Made by a program: the position numbers and the translations under genes. DNA of 64,000 nt from a virus. The DNA lies in the IMG/VR virus record IMGVR_UViG_3300046171_000155, one strand, 5' to 3'. The notes beneath the pieces are model-generated. The model made no database searches, was not told the DNA's origin, and saw only the letters and a list, made by a program, of their open reading frames with translations. This document shows positions 1-8,760 of the stretch, piece after piece (the stretch's first letter is position 1; each line of letters starts with the position of its first letter).

Positions 1-1
1 C

Positions 2-871
2 GATTGCATCTGCACCTGTGGCGTCAGCGAGATATCCTATCGCAACTTCGCCAGAAGCATCTTGAGTCGTCGCCCCTTCGCCAAGTCGGATCGATTGTTG
101 ATTGTCAAAGACTGTCTGTACACCAGCAGAGTCCAGACCGCCGCCAGTACCAAGATTATCTATTTGAGACTGAATGTCATCCGTAACTGATTTGACCGCA
201 GCAGCAGAAGGCACTTCTGTAGAAGTTGCTCCGTCCAGATCTTGAACGAATGACTCCATACCAGGATTGACGCCATCAAAATCGTCTTGTAGACGAAGAG
301 GGTGTCCTGTCTTGATGTAAGTATCGCCGTCCAACTCAATATAATCGGATGTCTCTAAGTCGATCTTACCTTCTGCAGTGAGGTATATGTTATCTTCGGA
401 AATAATATCCATGTAATCAACGGAAGTGATATTGACATTTTCAGCAGCAGAGATATCAACATCATCACCAGCAGTTAGTCCGATATCGTCACCAACATCA
501 ACGATAAAGTCGTTTAGGGTGTTTATTTCAACATCCCACAAATCAACTCCGCCGGTTGAAAGAAGTTTTGGATTAGCCGGTGCGGCCGAATCACCATGCG
601 GATCAGCCACATCGAACTTGACGAAAGACTCGCCACTGACAAGTTCTGATTGCGGACCACCGCCACCAGAGATTCCAGTGAGTTGTGAACCATCACCAAT
701 GAATGATGTTGCAGTTACGGTGCCTGTTACATCAAGGTCACCCAGTATCTGTGTATCAGTTTCTATTGTGAATTTCTTTGTCATAGCTGGAATTCCGCTC
801 TGTTCAACTAAGAGTTCTTCGTTTGTTATTTCTCCATCTGCATTTACATTAGGAGCATCTACATTTGACAT
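2..871 (-). CDS. Virion structural/fibre-like protein, 3' end runs off the window (absent from the ORF track)
   Basis: Hand translation from ATG at 871: MSNVDAPNVNADGEITNEE...GDLDVTGTVTATSFIGDGSQLTGI...EVAIGYLADATGADAI; frame open to the window edge; late promoter upstream. Confidence 0.8.
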   Translation of the reverse strand, partial: MSNVDAPNVNADGEITNEELLVEQSGIPAMTKKFTIETDTQILGDLDVTGTVTATSFIGDGSQLTGISGGGGPQSELVSGESFVKFDVADPHGDSAAPANPKLLSTGGVDLWDVEINTLNDFIVDVGDDIGLTAGDDVDISAAENVNITSVDYMDIISEDNIYLTAEGKIDLETSDYIELDGDTYIKTGHPLRLQDDFDGVNPGMESFVQDLDGATSTEVPSAAAVKSVTDDIQSQIDNLGTGGGLDSAGVQTVFDNQQSIRLGEGATTQDASGEVAIGYLADATGADAI

Positions 872-913
872 TCTATTATACCTTTGATTTGTTCAATTGT
901 GTACATCAATTGT

Positions 914-921
914 TATTTATA
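914..921 (-). promoter_or_regulatory. T4-type late promoter TATAAATA
   Basis: Exact TATAAATA ~43 nt upstream of the ATG at 871. Confidence 0.75.
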
Positions 922-922
922 A

Positions 923-1261
923 CTAACCTTCGTTCTCTAGATCCCAAGCAACTCGACGCGCTGGTAGTGGGGGTGTCTTAGGGCGCTGTACCCACAAGTG
1001 ACCATTCTTCTCCGCGTCCCTGAATATAGCAACAGTGATAAAGAATGCACCAAGTACCATAAGATGACCGCCCACACTATAGATTCCATACATCCAAGTG
1101 TATCCAGCCCAGAAGGTGAATACTACTGACCACATCACCGACAAGTAGAACATGAGAATAAACTGCACAAGTTCGTTAGGAATGTGTCTCAATGGATTGA
1201 TCTTCAAATCAAAGAAATATCTGTAAAGGTCGTAAATTGCAAATCCAATACTCTTAAACAT
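923..1261 (-). CDS. Small membrane protein coupled to aceA
   Basis: Two hydrophobic segments; start overlaps the aceA stop (TAATG). Confidence 0.7.
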   Translation of the reverse strand: MFKSIGFAIYDLYRYFFDLKINPLRHIPNELVQFILMFYLSVMWSVVFTFWAGYTWMYGIYSVGGHLMVLGAFFITVAIFRDAEKNGHLWVQRPKTPPLPARRVAWDLENEG

Positions 1262-2502
1262 TAGAACTGGTCCTCTTCAGTTGATCCTGACATCGCGGCA
1301 GTTGAACTAGACCCCAATGTAGTGGTGATGGCATCGAAGTAACCGACACCCACTTCTCTCTGGTGCTTCGCACCTGTGTATCCACGTGACTCTGCGGCAA
1401 ACTCTGCTTCTTGTAACAACGAGTATGCGTACATACCTTCGTCTTTGTATCGGTTTGCGAAATCAAAGACAGAGTAGTTAGTCTGGTGGAATCCTGCAAG
1501 TGTGATAAACTGGAACTTGAATCCCATCTTACCCAACTCGCGTTGGAAGTCTTTCAGTTCTTGATCGCCTGGGATTGACTTGCGCCAGTTGAATGACGGT
1601 GAACAGTTGTATGCCAACATTGCGTCGGGTACTGCACCTTTGACTGCGTCAGCAAAACGTTTCGCATCCTTCAAGTCTGGTGTCGATGTCTCGCACCAAA
1701 CGAGGTCTGCGTATTCTGCGTATGCCTGACCGCGCACACAACCGAACTCTAGTCCTTTGCCCTCTTCGAGCATATAGAAACCTTCTTGTGTGCGACATTG
1801 AATAGATCCCGCAGTTCCCTGCGCGACTCTCTTGATGAATGGTTTGTCGATGTCTGAGATGTTGCTAGAGATTAGTTTAGCAGACTCAGCATCGGTACGA
1901 GCAATAACGACTGTATCAGTGCCAGCAACGTCACTAGCAAGGCGAGCGGCATTAAGGTTGCGTAGAGCTTGACTAGTCGGTATGAGAACCTTTCCTCCCA
2001 AGTGTCCGCACTTCTTCTCGGCAGCCACTTGGTCTTCAAAGTGAACAGCGGCAGCACCTGCCTCAATGAGGTTACGAGCAAGTTCATACGCATTTAGAAC
2101 TCCTCCGAATCCTGCCTCAGCGTCGGCAATAATAGGGGCAAATTCAAACCCGTTTCCATTTTCCAGATATTCGATCTGATCTTGTCGTCTAAACGCATTA
2201 TTGATACTGCGGACAACATTAGGGACGCTATCAACAGCATAGAGAGACTGATCTGGGTAAACCTCAGCATGAGAGTTGGCCGACGCAGCCACCTGCCATC
2301 CCGAAAGATATATCGCTTTGAGTCCTGCTTTGACGTGTTGTACTGCTTGTTGTCCATTATATGCTCCAAACGTGTTGATGTATTCGTTTTCTTCAAACAG
2401 TTGGCGTAACTTGGTCGCACCCATCTTTGCGAGGGTGTGATCAATCTGTACGGTGCCTTGAAGACGGCGAACGTCTTCGGGTGAGTAATCTCGTTTTTTC
2501 AT
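1261..2502 (-). CDS. aceA: Isocitrate lyase (glyoxylate shunt)
   Basis: Catalytic KKCGHLGGK, plus YLSGWQVAA, DAEAGFGG, AYNCSPSFNW, HQREVGVGYFD. Confidence 0.97.
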   Translation of the reverse strand: MKKRDYSPEDVRRLQGTVQIDHTLAKMGATKLRQLFEENEYINTFGAYNGQQAVQHVKAGLKAIYLSGWQVAASANSHAEVYPDQSLYAVDSVPNVVRSINNAFRRQDQIEYLENGNGFEFAPIIADAEAGFGGVLNAYELARNLIEAGAAAVHFEDQVAAEKKCGHLGGKVLIPTSQALRNLNAARLASDVAGTDTVVIARTDAESAKLISSNISDIDKPFIKRVAQGTAGSIQCRTQEGFYMLEEGKGLEFGCVRGQAYAEYADLVWCETSTPDLKDAKRFADAVKGAVPDAMLAYNCSPSFNWRKSIPGDQELKDFQRELGKMGFKFQFITLAGFHQTNYSVFDFANRYKDEGMYAYSLLQEAEFAAESRGYTGAKHQREVGVGYFDAITTTLGSSSTAAMSGSTEEDQF

Positions 2503-2521
2503 AACAAATCCTGTAATAATA

Positions 2522-2597
2522 TGGTATCCGGTAGGGGGTTCGAACCCCTGTTGCCGCCGTGAAAGGGCGGAGTCCTAGACCACTAGACGAACCGGAC
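2522..2597 (-). tRNA. tRNA-Glu(TTC)
   Basis: GTCCGGTTCGTCTAGTGGTCTAGGACTCCGCCCTTTCACGGCGGCAACAGGGGTTCGAACCCCCTACCGGATACCA; 76 nt cloverleaf with encoded CCA. Confidence 0.95.
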
Positions 2598-2623
2598 GTT
2601 TCACTGCATTATATAGTGTTGTA

Positions 2624-2881
2624 TTACCCTCGTATTTGCTCGATGAGTATTACAACCTTTCCCTTTTCCCCTTCAACGAAGATGGCAATATCAGATGCCT
2701 CGACATGCACACTATGATCTAAAAATCCACTGCGCACTTCAAGTATTGATTTTTCAATTGCCACTTCTGGACATTTGTATACTCCGATGATTGTTCCCAT
2801 CGGATCCATTGCAATGTATACATTACCAAGATCAACGGCACCATCACGAAAATATGTTGACGGATAGGTTAATCCTTCCAT
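2624..2881 (-). CDS. Hypothetical protein
   Basis: 85-aa ORF with GAGGT/AAGGA SD-like sequence, co-oriented with neighbours. Confidence 0.6.
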   Translation of the reverse strand: MEGLTYPSTYFRDGAVDLGNVYIAMDPMGTIIGVYKCPEVAIEKSILEVRSGFLDHSVHVEASDIAIFVEGEKGKVVILIEQIRG

Positions 2882-2918
2882 TGTCCTTACCTCTTATACC
2901 ACTGTGATTGTTATTATA

Positions 2919-3155
2919 TCATAAATCGAAGTAGTAGACAAGCGTAAAGAACTTTTTTCTTTTAAATCTCAGGACAAGATCTGTACGGTCCTCTATGGGA
3001 ACGATTACCTTTCTTGTTCTGAGAACCGATCGCCTTTCTTCGTATGACTTCTCAAATAACTCCCTTACGATTCTTTGTGTATCCGTCTCCAACGGTACAA
3101 AATCTTCGGGAGCAGTAGTATTTAGAGAAAACGCAATCGCAAGTTCAGGTAACAT
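2919..3155 (-). CDS. Hypothetical protein (probable start MLPELAIAF)
   Basis: ATG at 3155 directly follows the stop of the upstream hydrolase gene. Confidence 0.55.
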   Translation of the reverse strand: MLPELAIAFSLNTTAPEDFVPLETDTQRIVRELFEKSYEERRSVLRTRKVIVPIEDRTDLVLRFKRKKFFTLVYYFDL

Positions 3156-3156
3156 G

Positions 3157-3663
3157 TTACTTCTCGATGTAAAAAATATGGTCGCCAATACGACCGATGA
3201 GTTTCATTCGTTCATGAAAACTCCATTTAGGTGTAACATAGTTCGCGTGGTAGTGCGTGGCACCCTCTGTAATCCCTTTAAACTTTCGGAATGATCTGAG
3301 ATCACGAGCGACTTCTTTTGCTCGTAGCCAAGCGTACTGTTCGACTGGTGCGTCCGACTGACCATCACAGTACCAACTAAACTGGCACATGTTTTTCTTT
3401 GGTATAAAGAGACCCCTTTCTACGCCCCACTCAGACATCACTGCCTGTTTAACGACGCCACATATTGTGTTGGGATATCTTTTATGTGCAACTCTGTTCA
3501 TCACGACATCAGCGACAGCGAACTGTCCCGCGAGACTCTCACTTCGTGCTTCGTGGTAAACATTGAGTGCAAGACATTCAATCTCATCTGTTGCTTTAAT
3601 ACGAACATTATCAGCATAAACTGAAGATGAAATCAAAACAAGTGTGATTAAAACTCGTAACAT
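3157..3663 (-). CDS. SleB-like cell wall hydrolase (Hydrolase_2 family) with N-terminal signal peptide
   Basis: CLALNVYHEARSE, VMNRV, YPNTICGVVKQ, CQFSW, GATHYHA, IGDHIFY. Confidence 0.9.
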   Translation of the reverse strand: MLRVLITLVLISSSVYADNVRIKATDEIECLALNVYHEARSESLAGQFAVADVVMNRVAHKRYPNTICGVVKQAVMSEWGVERGLFIPKKNMCQFSWYCDGQSDAPVEQYAWLRAKEVARDLRSFRKFKGITEGATHYHANYVTPKWSFHERMKLIGRIGDHIFYIEK

Positions 3664-3671
3664 GAGAACCT

Positions 3672-3803
3672 CTAGATGGTTCGTTCCATGTACCTTTCTA
3701 GTTGCCTTAGTTTCCTAGCGCGTGATGGACGAGGGTTGTTACCGAACTTTTTTAACAATTGCATATATTCTTTCACTAAGTTGCCTTGATAAGGTCTATT
3801 CAT
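3672..3803 (-). CDS. Small basic hypothetical protein, 43 aa
   Basis: MNRPYQGNLVKEYMQLLKKFGNNPRPSRARKLRQLERYMERTI; TGATG coupling; fills the intergenic gap. Confidence 0.55.
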   Translation of the reverse strand: MNRPYQGNLVKEYMQLLKKFGNNPRPSRARKLRQLERYMERTI

Positions 3804-4606
3804 CATAATGTTCCATTCTCCATTTTAGTAAATGTTTCAAAAAGCAGGTTTGCATATGCTAAGTTGGTCTTTTCGCCAGGATGACCAAACTCCTTTATAT
3901 CGCCAAACTGTTGCCCTAGGGTGTAAAGATCTTTCATTGCTCCAGATTTACCCATGCCTACTCTGCTAGTAGTTTTTAATGATTTCAAACTTTCGGTTAA
4001 CCACTCTTTATATTCTGGCACTTTGTCTATCTGCATATCTGGATGTACAGGTATCCCTTCACCCACGTCAGCGTCCGTCAATGTCGCCATGATGTTAGAC
4101 CAGTTTCTTCTATGAAAAACACCTTGAATCAAATTGATTCCACGAGACTCGCACAACAACTCAACCATCTTCATTTTAGACAATGTGTGCATGACATCAG
4201 TTCGTGTATCATAACATCTTTCGTACCAGTCGTCAACTATTTCTCTGATTTTTTTTGTGTAAATATTTTGCGTTCTGAGACTTGAGAACTGAGTCACATT
4301 CAGTTCTCTGGCAATCTTTACATCTCTCTCAGAGGGTTGATACTCAACCCATTCTTTTCTCTGCCAAGCAGACCAAAGAACAACCATGTGTGTAATCTGT
4401 TGATCGGGATTGTCATGAAGGTAATCAGTGATCAAACGAAAAATCTGTTCGTTACCTGCTCCACATCTTCCTAGATTGACATAATCAATCCCCATCTTTT
4501 TTGCGAGTATGTCGGTGAAAGTATGTTCCCAATGTGTTGGGGGATTGTTATCATAACCATCAAGTTCGTCTCCCCAAACGAAACTGCATCCTGCGGTTAG
4601 TAGCAT
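3803..4606 (-). CDS. SGNH/GDSL hydrolase-like protein
   Basis: N-terminal AGCSFVWG block, NLGRCGAGN, C-terminal GHP motif. Confidence 0.65.
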   Translation of the reverse strand: MLLTAGCSFVWGDELDGYDNNPPTHWEHTFTDILAKKMGIDYVNLGRCGAGNEQIFRLITDYLHDNPDQQITHMVVLWSAWQRKEWVEYQPSERDVKIARELNVTQFSSLRTQNIYTKKIREIVDDWYERCYDTRTDVMHTLSKMKMVELLCESRGINLIQGVFHRRNWSNIMATLTDADVGEGIPVHPDMQIDKVPEYKEWLTESLKSLKTTSRVGMGKSGAMKDLYTLGQQFGDIKEFGHPGEKTNLAYANLLFETFTKMENGTL

Positions 4607-4977
4607 TAGTTTTTCTCTTTATAGTCTTTGATCGCAGCTTTAATCGCATCTTCTGCGAGAACACTGCAGTGGATTTTTACTGGTGGAAGTGCGAGTTCTT
4701 TAGCAATCTCGGTGTTCTTGATTGCGCCTGCCTCGTCTAAACTTTTGCCCTTGACCCACTCGGTGAGTAAAGAACTGGACGCGATTGCAGAACCGCACCC
4801 ATAGGTTTTAAACTTTGCGTCTTGAATGACGCCATCATCGACAAGAATCTGTAGTTGCATCACGTCACCACACGCCGGAGCGCCGACCATACCAGTTCCG
4901 ACGTTGTCGTCTTCTCTGTCCATCTTACCCACATTGCGTGGATTCTCATAGTGGTCTAAAACCTTATCTGAATACAT
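4606..4977 (-). CDS. iscU: Fe-S cluster scaffold IscU
   Basis: YSDKVLDHYENPRNVG, GAPACGDVM, KTYGCGSAIASSS, LPPVKIHC. Confidence 0.96.
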   Translation of the reverse strand: MYSDKVLDHYENPRNVGKMDREDDNVGTGMVGAPACGDVMQLQILVDDGVIQDAKFKTYGCGSAIASSSLLTEWVKGKSLDEAGAIKNTEIAKELALPPVKIHCSVLAEDAIKAAIKDYKEKN

Positions 4978-5657
4978 TACGGAGTCTCTATGTCCTCGAT
5001 CAACATATCACGCATAGCACGTGCCTGTGCGTCTTCAGGATTATCTACACTACCATTATTCACAAACTTGTAAGCAAGGGTGATACGTTGACACTCCGTG
5101 TATGCGGCGTGCCAACAGTGTAGGTCTTCTTCATGACCCGCACCAAAATAATAGTGTCGGCATTGCCAGCCAGGGACATCTGGTATTTTTACAATCTCAT
5201 CGTTCTTCTTGTCATAGTATTCAAAGAACCCGTCTCCGGTCTCTGACCACGTAAACAGAACCTGATATGCGTTGGCATCAAAGTTAGTGTGCCAACCCAC
5301 AAAACCGCCTGGCGGATAGTAAGATAGTAGGGCAGATGTATGCGCACCAAGTTCGGACGCGAAGTCGTACTTGACCTTTTGCATAAATCCACCCCACGTC
5401 TCTTTATCTTCACGCACCATCTTTGAAATCGGTTGTGCGAAGTATCTATCGGGCGGGCCAACTAGACCATCACGGCCGCGGGATAAACAGTCTAGGAGAT
5501 ACTCACGTGATGTGTAGTACGACCCTAGATCCACATCCTTGCGTTCATGATAGGTCCAATACTTTTCGTCGTTGTACGACGGTTTAGACAGCATCTCGTC
5601 CGAGAAACTGTTCAGAGTCTTCAACATGTCTTTGTTACGAATAACAACTTCTGTCAT
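4977..5657 (-). CDS. 2OG-Fe(II) oxygenase-like (DSBH) protein, paralogue 1
   Basis: YYPPGGFVGWHTN...WHAA...RITLAY pattern shared with 27374-28033 and 53156-53863. Confidence 0.6.
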   Translation of the reverse strand: MTEVVIRNKDMLKTLNSFSDEMLSKPSYNDEKYWTYHERKDVDLGSYYTSREYLLDCLSRGRDGLVGPPDRYFAQPISKMVREDKETWGGFMQKVKYDFASELGAHTSALLSYYPPGGFVGWHTNFDANAYQVLFTWSETGDGFFEYYDKKNDEIVKIPDVPGWQCRHYYFGAGHEEDLHCWHAAYTECQRITLAYKFVNNGSVDNPEDAQARAMRDMLIEDIETP

Positions 5658-5854
5658 TTTTTCTTACCATTACGATGAATGATCATGGAGTATCTATCTC
5701 CAATCTGTTGCTTGAAGGACACAGTATCTCCCTCTTGCAAGTCAAGTTGCTCAAATAGTTTATTTGGTATCTCAAAGGCAAGATCGCCTTCAAGGACCGT
5801 AGGAACTACTGGGCAGTTGAAAATTTGATTAGTCTTTTTCATCGAAACTGTCAT
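5654..5854 (-). CDS. AbrB/MazE/SpoVT-like small DNA-binding protein
   Basis: LAFEIPNKLFEQLDLQEGDTVSF matches the swapped-hairpin IP..L.L..GD.V pattern. Confidence 0.6.
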   Translation of the reverse strand: MTVSMKKTNQIFNCPVVPTVLEGDLAFEIPNKLFEQLDLQEGDTVSFKQQIGDRYSMIIHRNGKKK

Positions 5855-6008
5855 TTACTTTCTGAAGTTCTTCTGGAGTGCATACTCCGTTATTTATTAA
5901 AAATATAAGAGTAGACTCTATTCCCTGTTGCTTACCGAATACTTGTCCGACCCTGTAAAAAAAATACAAAAGCGAAACCGCAACTGCAGTATGTATCCAT
6001 GGATCCAT
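5829..6008 (-). CDS. Small membrane protein (start MDPWIHTAV)
   Basis: AGGGAGAG SD before ATG 6008; one hydrophobic helix. Confidence 0.55.
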   Translation of the reverse strand: MDPWIHTAVAVSLLYFFYRVGQVFGKQQGIESTLIFLINNGVCTPEELQKVNDSFDEKD

Positions 6009-6018
6009 GTTACTCTCC

Positions 6019-7413
6019 CTATAGAGTGAAGTCAGCGAATCTTTCTGTATTGACTCGCTGGCCAGTGTTAGAGTTATCAAATGCTGGTCCATTATCTACT
6101 TCTTTATTTAGGGGAGAGTCGTTTTGATCAACATCATATAAACGCATTTTGGCACGGTCAATACCTACGACAAATCTCTGATATGCATTCAAATCATTAT
6201 ATCGGTTTTTCAACTGTTTCACTAAGATCTGGTTGTTTGCCTTGAGTTCGTCGTTGGCGATAAGTGCGAACATGAAGTCGGCGGTTGCGGGTAGTCCAAA
6301 AGACTCGGACGTATCTTCAAGCCCCACGTCATCATTAGTGAAACCAGAACGAGTCGTCTGCGTTGCAGACACGATCGGCACGTCGAATTCCACGGCAAGA
6401 CCACGTAACTCTTCAGCAATAGACTTGATATACGAATACGAGTTAATAGCACCGCCCATTCCTTTCATACGCGCACTGGCGCAGATGTTGAGATAATCAA
6501 TATAGATGATATCGGGGACAAACTGTTTCTTCAGTTTGAGTTCATTAAACAACGCACGGAAGTGGTTCGCGTGTGCACTACCCGTGGGATATTCTTTGAT
6601 GATCAGTTTGCCAGTTGTCTTCTCTGCGATACTCTGAACACGGTTTGAAAACATGTCCTTACTCAGATGTTCCAGCTGGTCTATCGGTACGTTGAGTAGA
6701 TTCGCATCGATCCGTTCTGCGATACGCTCTTCAGCCATCTCCATAGTGATGTAAAGGACATTCTTCCCCTGTGATAAGGCAGCACCAGCACTATGACACA
6801 TGAAGAGAGATTTACCGACACCCGTACCTGCCAGTGCGATGTTGAGGGTTTTATTAGGTAATCCACCCTTAGTGATGCGGTTAAAGTAATCCAGATCGAA
6901 CGAAATGCGTTCTTCATCAAGATGATAAAACTCCCAACGATCGTCGATATTTTCGAGATAGTCGTGACCAATGTTCGTATCAAAAGAGACACCCAACGCT
7001 TTAGATAGAATATCTGGTATCGCATTCTTAGATAATTTTTGATGTTTGCCGTCAAGAATACTTATAGATTCCATGACCGCATTAAACACTGCACGATCTT
7101 GACACCACTTCTCAGTGCGATCAACTAACCAGTCCGAGTCTTCGGCGCTGTAGTTAAAGATGTCAGGTAGTATCTCCATGGCATGGCGATACTGTTCATC
7201 TGTCAAACGATCTTCAGAGTCAATCTCAATCTTGAATGCCTCTAGTGTAGGCAGTCTGTTGAACTTGGCAATGTAAGAGGTGAATTCTTTGAAGAGACCA
7301 TTGTAGGTCCCCTCAAAGTATTCAGGTGAGAGAAAGGCTGCAACCTTTCTCATGTATGAATCGTTAGTCAGTAGATTCCGTAGAATCGTCTGCTGTAGAT
7401 TGATTTCCGTCAT
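6019..7413 (-). CDS. gp41: Replicative DNA helicase, T4 gp41-like
   Basis: Walker A AGTGVGKS, YITMEMAEERIAERIDANL, IKEYPT, SESFGLPATAD, KQLKNRY. Confidence 0.95.
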   Translation of the reverse strand: MTEINLQQTILRNLLTNDSYMRKVAAFLSPEYFEGTYNGLFKEFTSYIAKFNRLPTLEAFKIEIDSEDRLTDEQYRHAMEILPDIFNYSAEDSDWLVDRTEKWCQDRAVFNAVMESISILDGKHQKLSKNAIPDILSKALGVSFDTNIGHDYLENIDDRWEFYHLDEERISFDLDYFNRITKGGLPNKTLNIALAGTGVGKSLFMCHSAGAALSQGKNVLYITMEMAEERIAERIDANLLNVPIDQLEHLSKDMFSNRVQSIAEKTTGKLIIKEYPTGSAHANHFRALFNELKLKKQFVPDIIYIDYLNICASARMKGMGGAINSYSYIKSIAEELRGLAVEFDVPIVSATQTTRSGFTNDDVGLEDTSESFGLPATADFMFALIANDELKANNQILVKQLKNRYNDLNAYQRFVVGIDRAKMRLYDVDQNDSPLNKEVDNGPAFDNSNTGQRVNTERFADFTL

Positions 7414-7711
7414 TTTCTTCCCGTGTAGTAATTGCAGCTTCTAGAATATCTTGCAACACATCTGCCGCAAACTTTTGCATTTCTAAATTCTCAAGCGTGT
7501 TCTCGGGATTCTCACTTTCGATGATATCAAAGTTGAATCGTAACGTTCCCTCTTTACCATCTAGTTGAACGTTATTATATCGAATCGTCACATCTTCAAA
7601 AGGATTTCTCAAGAAACTCACGTTCCAGAATTCATTACCTTGTGTATCATACGCTGAAATTAACTCGTAGTCAAGATGTTCGGATGGTTTATCTAAGTTT
7701 AGTTCTTTCAC
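7364..7711 (-). CDS. Hypothetical protein at the gp40 position
   Basis: Lies between uvsX and gp41, where T4 has gp40; no motif recognised. Confidence 0.5.
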   Translation of the reverse strand: MKELNLDKPSEHLDYELISAYDTQGNEFWNVSFLRNPFEDVTIRYNNVQLDGKEGTLRFNFDIIESENPENTLENLEMQKFAADVLQDILEAAITTREENDGNQSTADDSTESTD

Positions 7712-8760
7712 ACTGCCTCCTCAACAATGGTTTCTGCATTGATCACACTGTTGTGACCAATCTTGTAGGTCTTCTGAAGGAACCCAGCAAAGTCTGTTGC
7801 TTCAAAAATAGGTTCCCAGAACTCTGCATTAAGTGTGTCTTTGGTGCGCACCTTGTTACCGACGACTTCACCAGTAGAGGTATCGACACGTTGATACCAA
7901 CCATTAGATGGTTTCACAACGTATCCACCAACGAGTGCAACATCAAGAAGACCGGAGTACTTCTGCACTCCACCTTCCCACGAGACGCCAATCGGAATCT
8001 TTGACTTCTCTTTGACATATCGGGACTTCTCTACATTGATCACAAAGTCATAACCAACGATCTCAGTGCCCTGCTTCTCTTGACGACGACCGATAATCCA
8101 GATGTTGTCTGCAGAGTAATAGATGCCTGTGCCACCACTCACGATATCTTTCGGGAACAAACCGATCTCTTTGTATGTGTGATTGATCGCAATCATTGGG
8201 ATGTTCTTCATCGCAAGATAAGGTGTTGACATGCGGAACAGACCCTTCAGTGCCTTCGCACGAGACATGTCTGCAACACCCTTCTCGTTTAGTGCGTCCT
8301 CTAGTTCTTTCTTAGACGCTAGATTACCAATTGAGTCTATGACAATAATGACATCATCTTCGCGATCTAACTGTTCTAACTGGTTGATCATATCAAACTT
8401 CAGTTCTTCGACATTTGCAATCGGTGTGTGCAACACACGACTGGTATCGATACCGAACTGTTCAAAGTATGACTGCGGCGAACCAAACTCTGAATCATAG
8501 AACAACATAACTGCGTCTGGTTTAGCGTTGAGATATGCACCCGCCATGAGTAAGGCGAATGATGTCTTAAAATGTTTTGATGGTCCAGCGAGGACAGTCA
8601 GTCCAGGCGTCACACCACCATTGACAGATCCCGACAACGCGACATTCACCATCGGAACGTCGGTCGGAACCATGTCTTTCTCTGTGAAGAACTTACTCGT
8701 CGAGAGAGTCGCCGTCTCCTTTATCTTGCTGTTCTTCTTCAGTTTGTCCATTATCGACAT
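7708..8760 (-). CDS. uvsX: RecA-like recombinase UvsX
   Basis: AGPSKHFKTSF, FYDSEFG, IDSIGNLASKKE, GGTGIYYSAD; GGAGG SD favours start MSIMDK at 8760. Confidence 0.95.
   Translation of the reverse strand: MSIMDKLKKNSKIKETATLSTSKFFTEKDMVPTDVPMVNVALSGSVNGGVTPGLTVLAGPSKHFKTSFALLMAGAYLNAKPDAVMLFYDSEFGSPQSYFEQFGIDTSRVLHTPIANVEELKFDMINQLEQLDREDDVIIVIDSIGNLASKKELEDALNEKGVADMSRAKALKGLFRMSTPYLAMKNIPMIAINHTYKEIGLFPKDIVSGGTGIYYSADNIWIIGRRQEKQGTEIVGYDFVINVEKSRYVKEKSKIPIGVSWEGGVQKYSGLLDVALVGGYVVKPSNGWYQRVDTSTGEVVGNKVRTKDTLNAEFWEPIFEATDFAGFLQKTYKIGHNSVINAETIVEEAV

Noticed and set aside
1261-4977. Host chromosomal contamination (aceA, iscU, tRNA)
   Set aside because: The genes are tightly coupled to phage-type ORFs, lack their host operon partners (aceB, iscS, hscA) and are flanked by a T4 late promoter and gp41
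5654-6008. Toxin-antitoxin pair (AbrB-like protein plus small neighbour)
   Set aside because: No recognisable toxin motif in the adjacent genes
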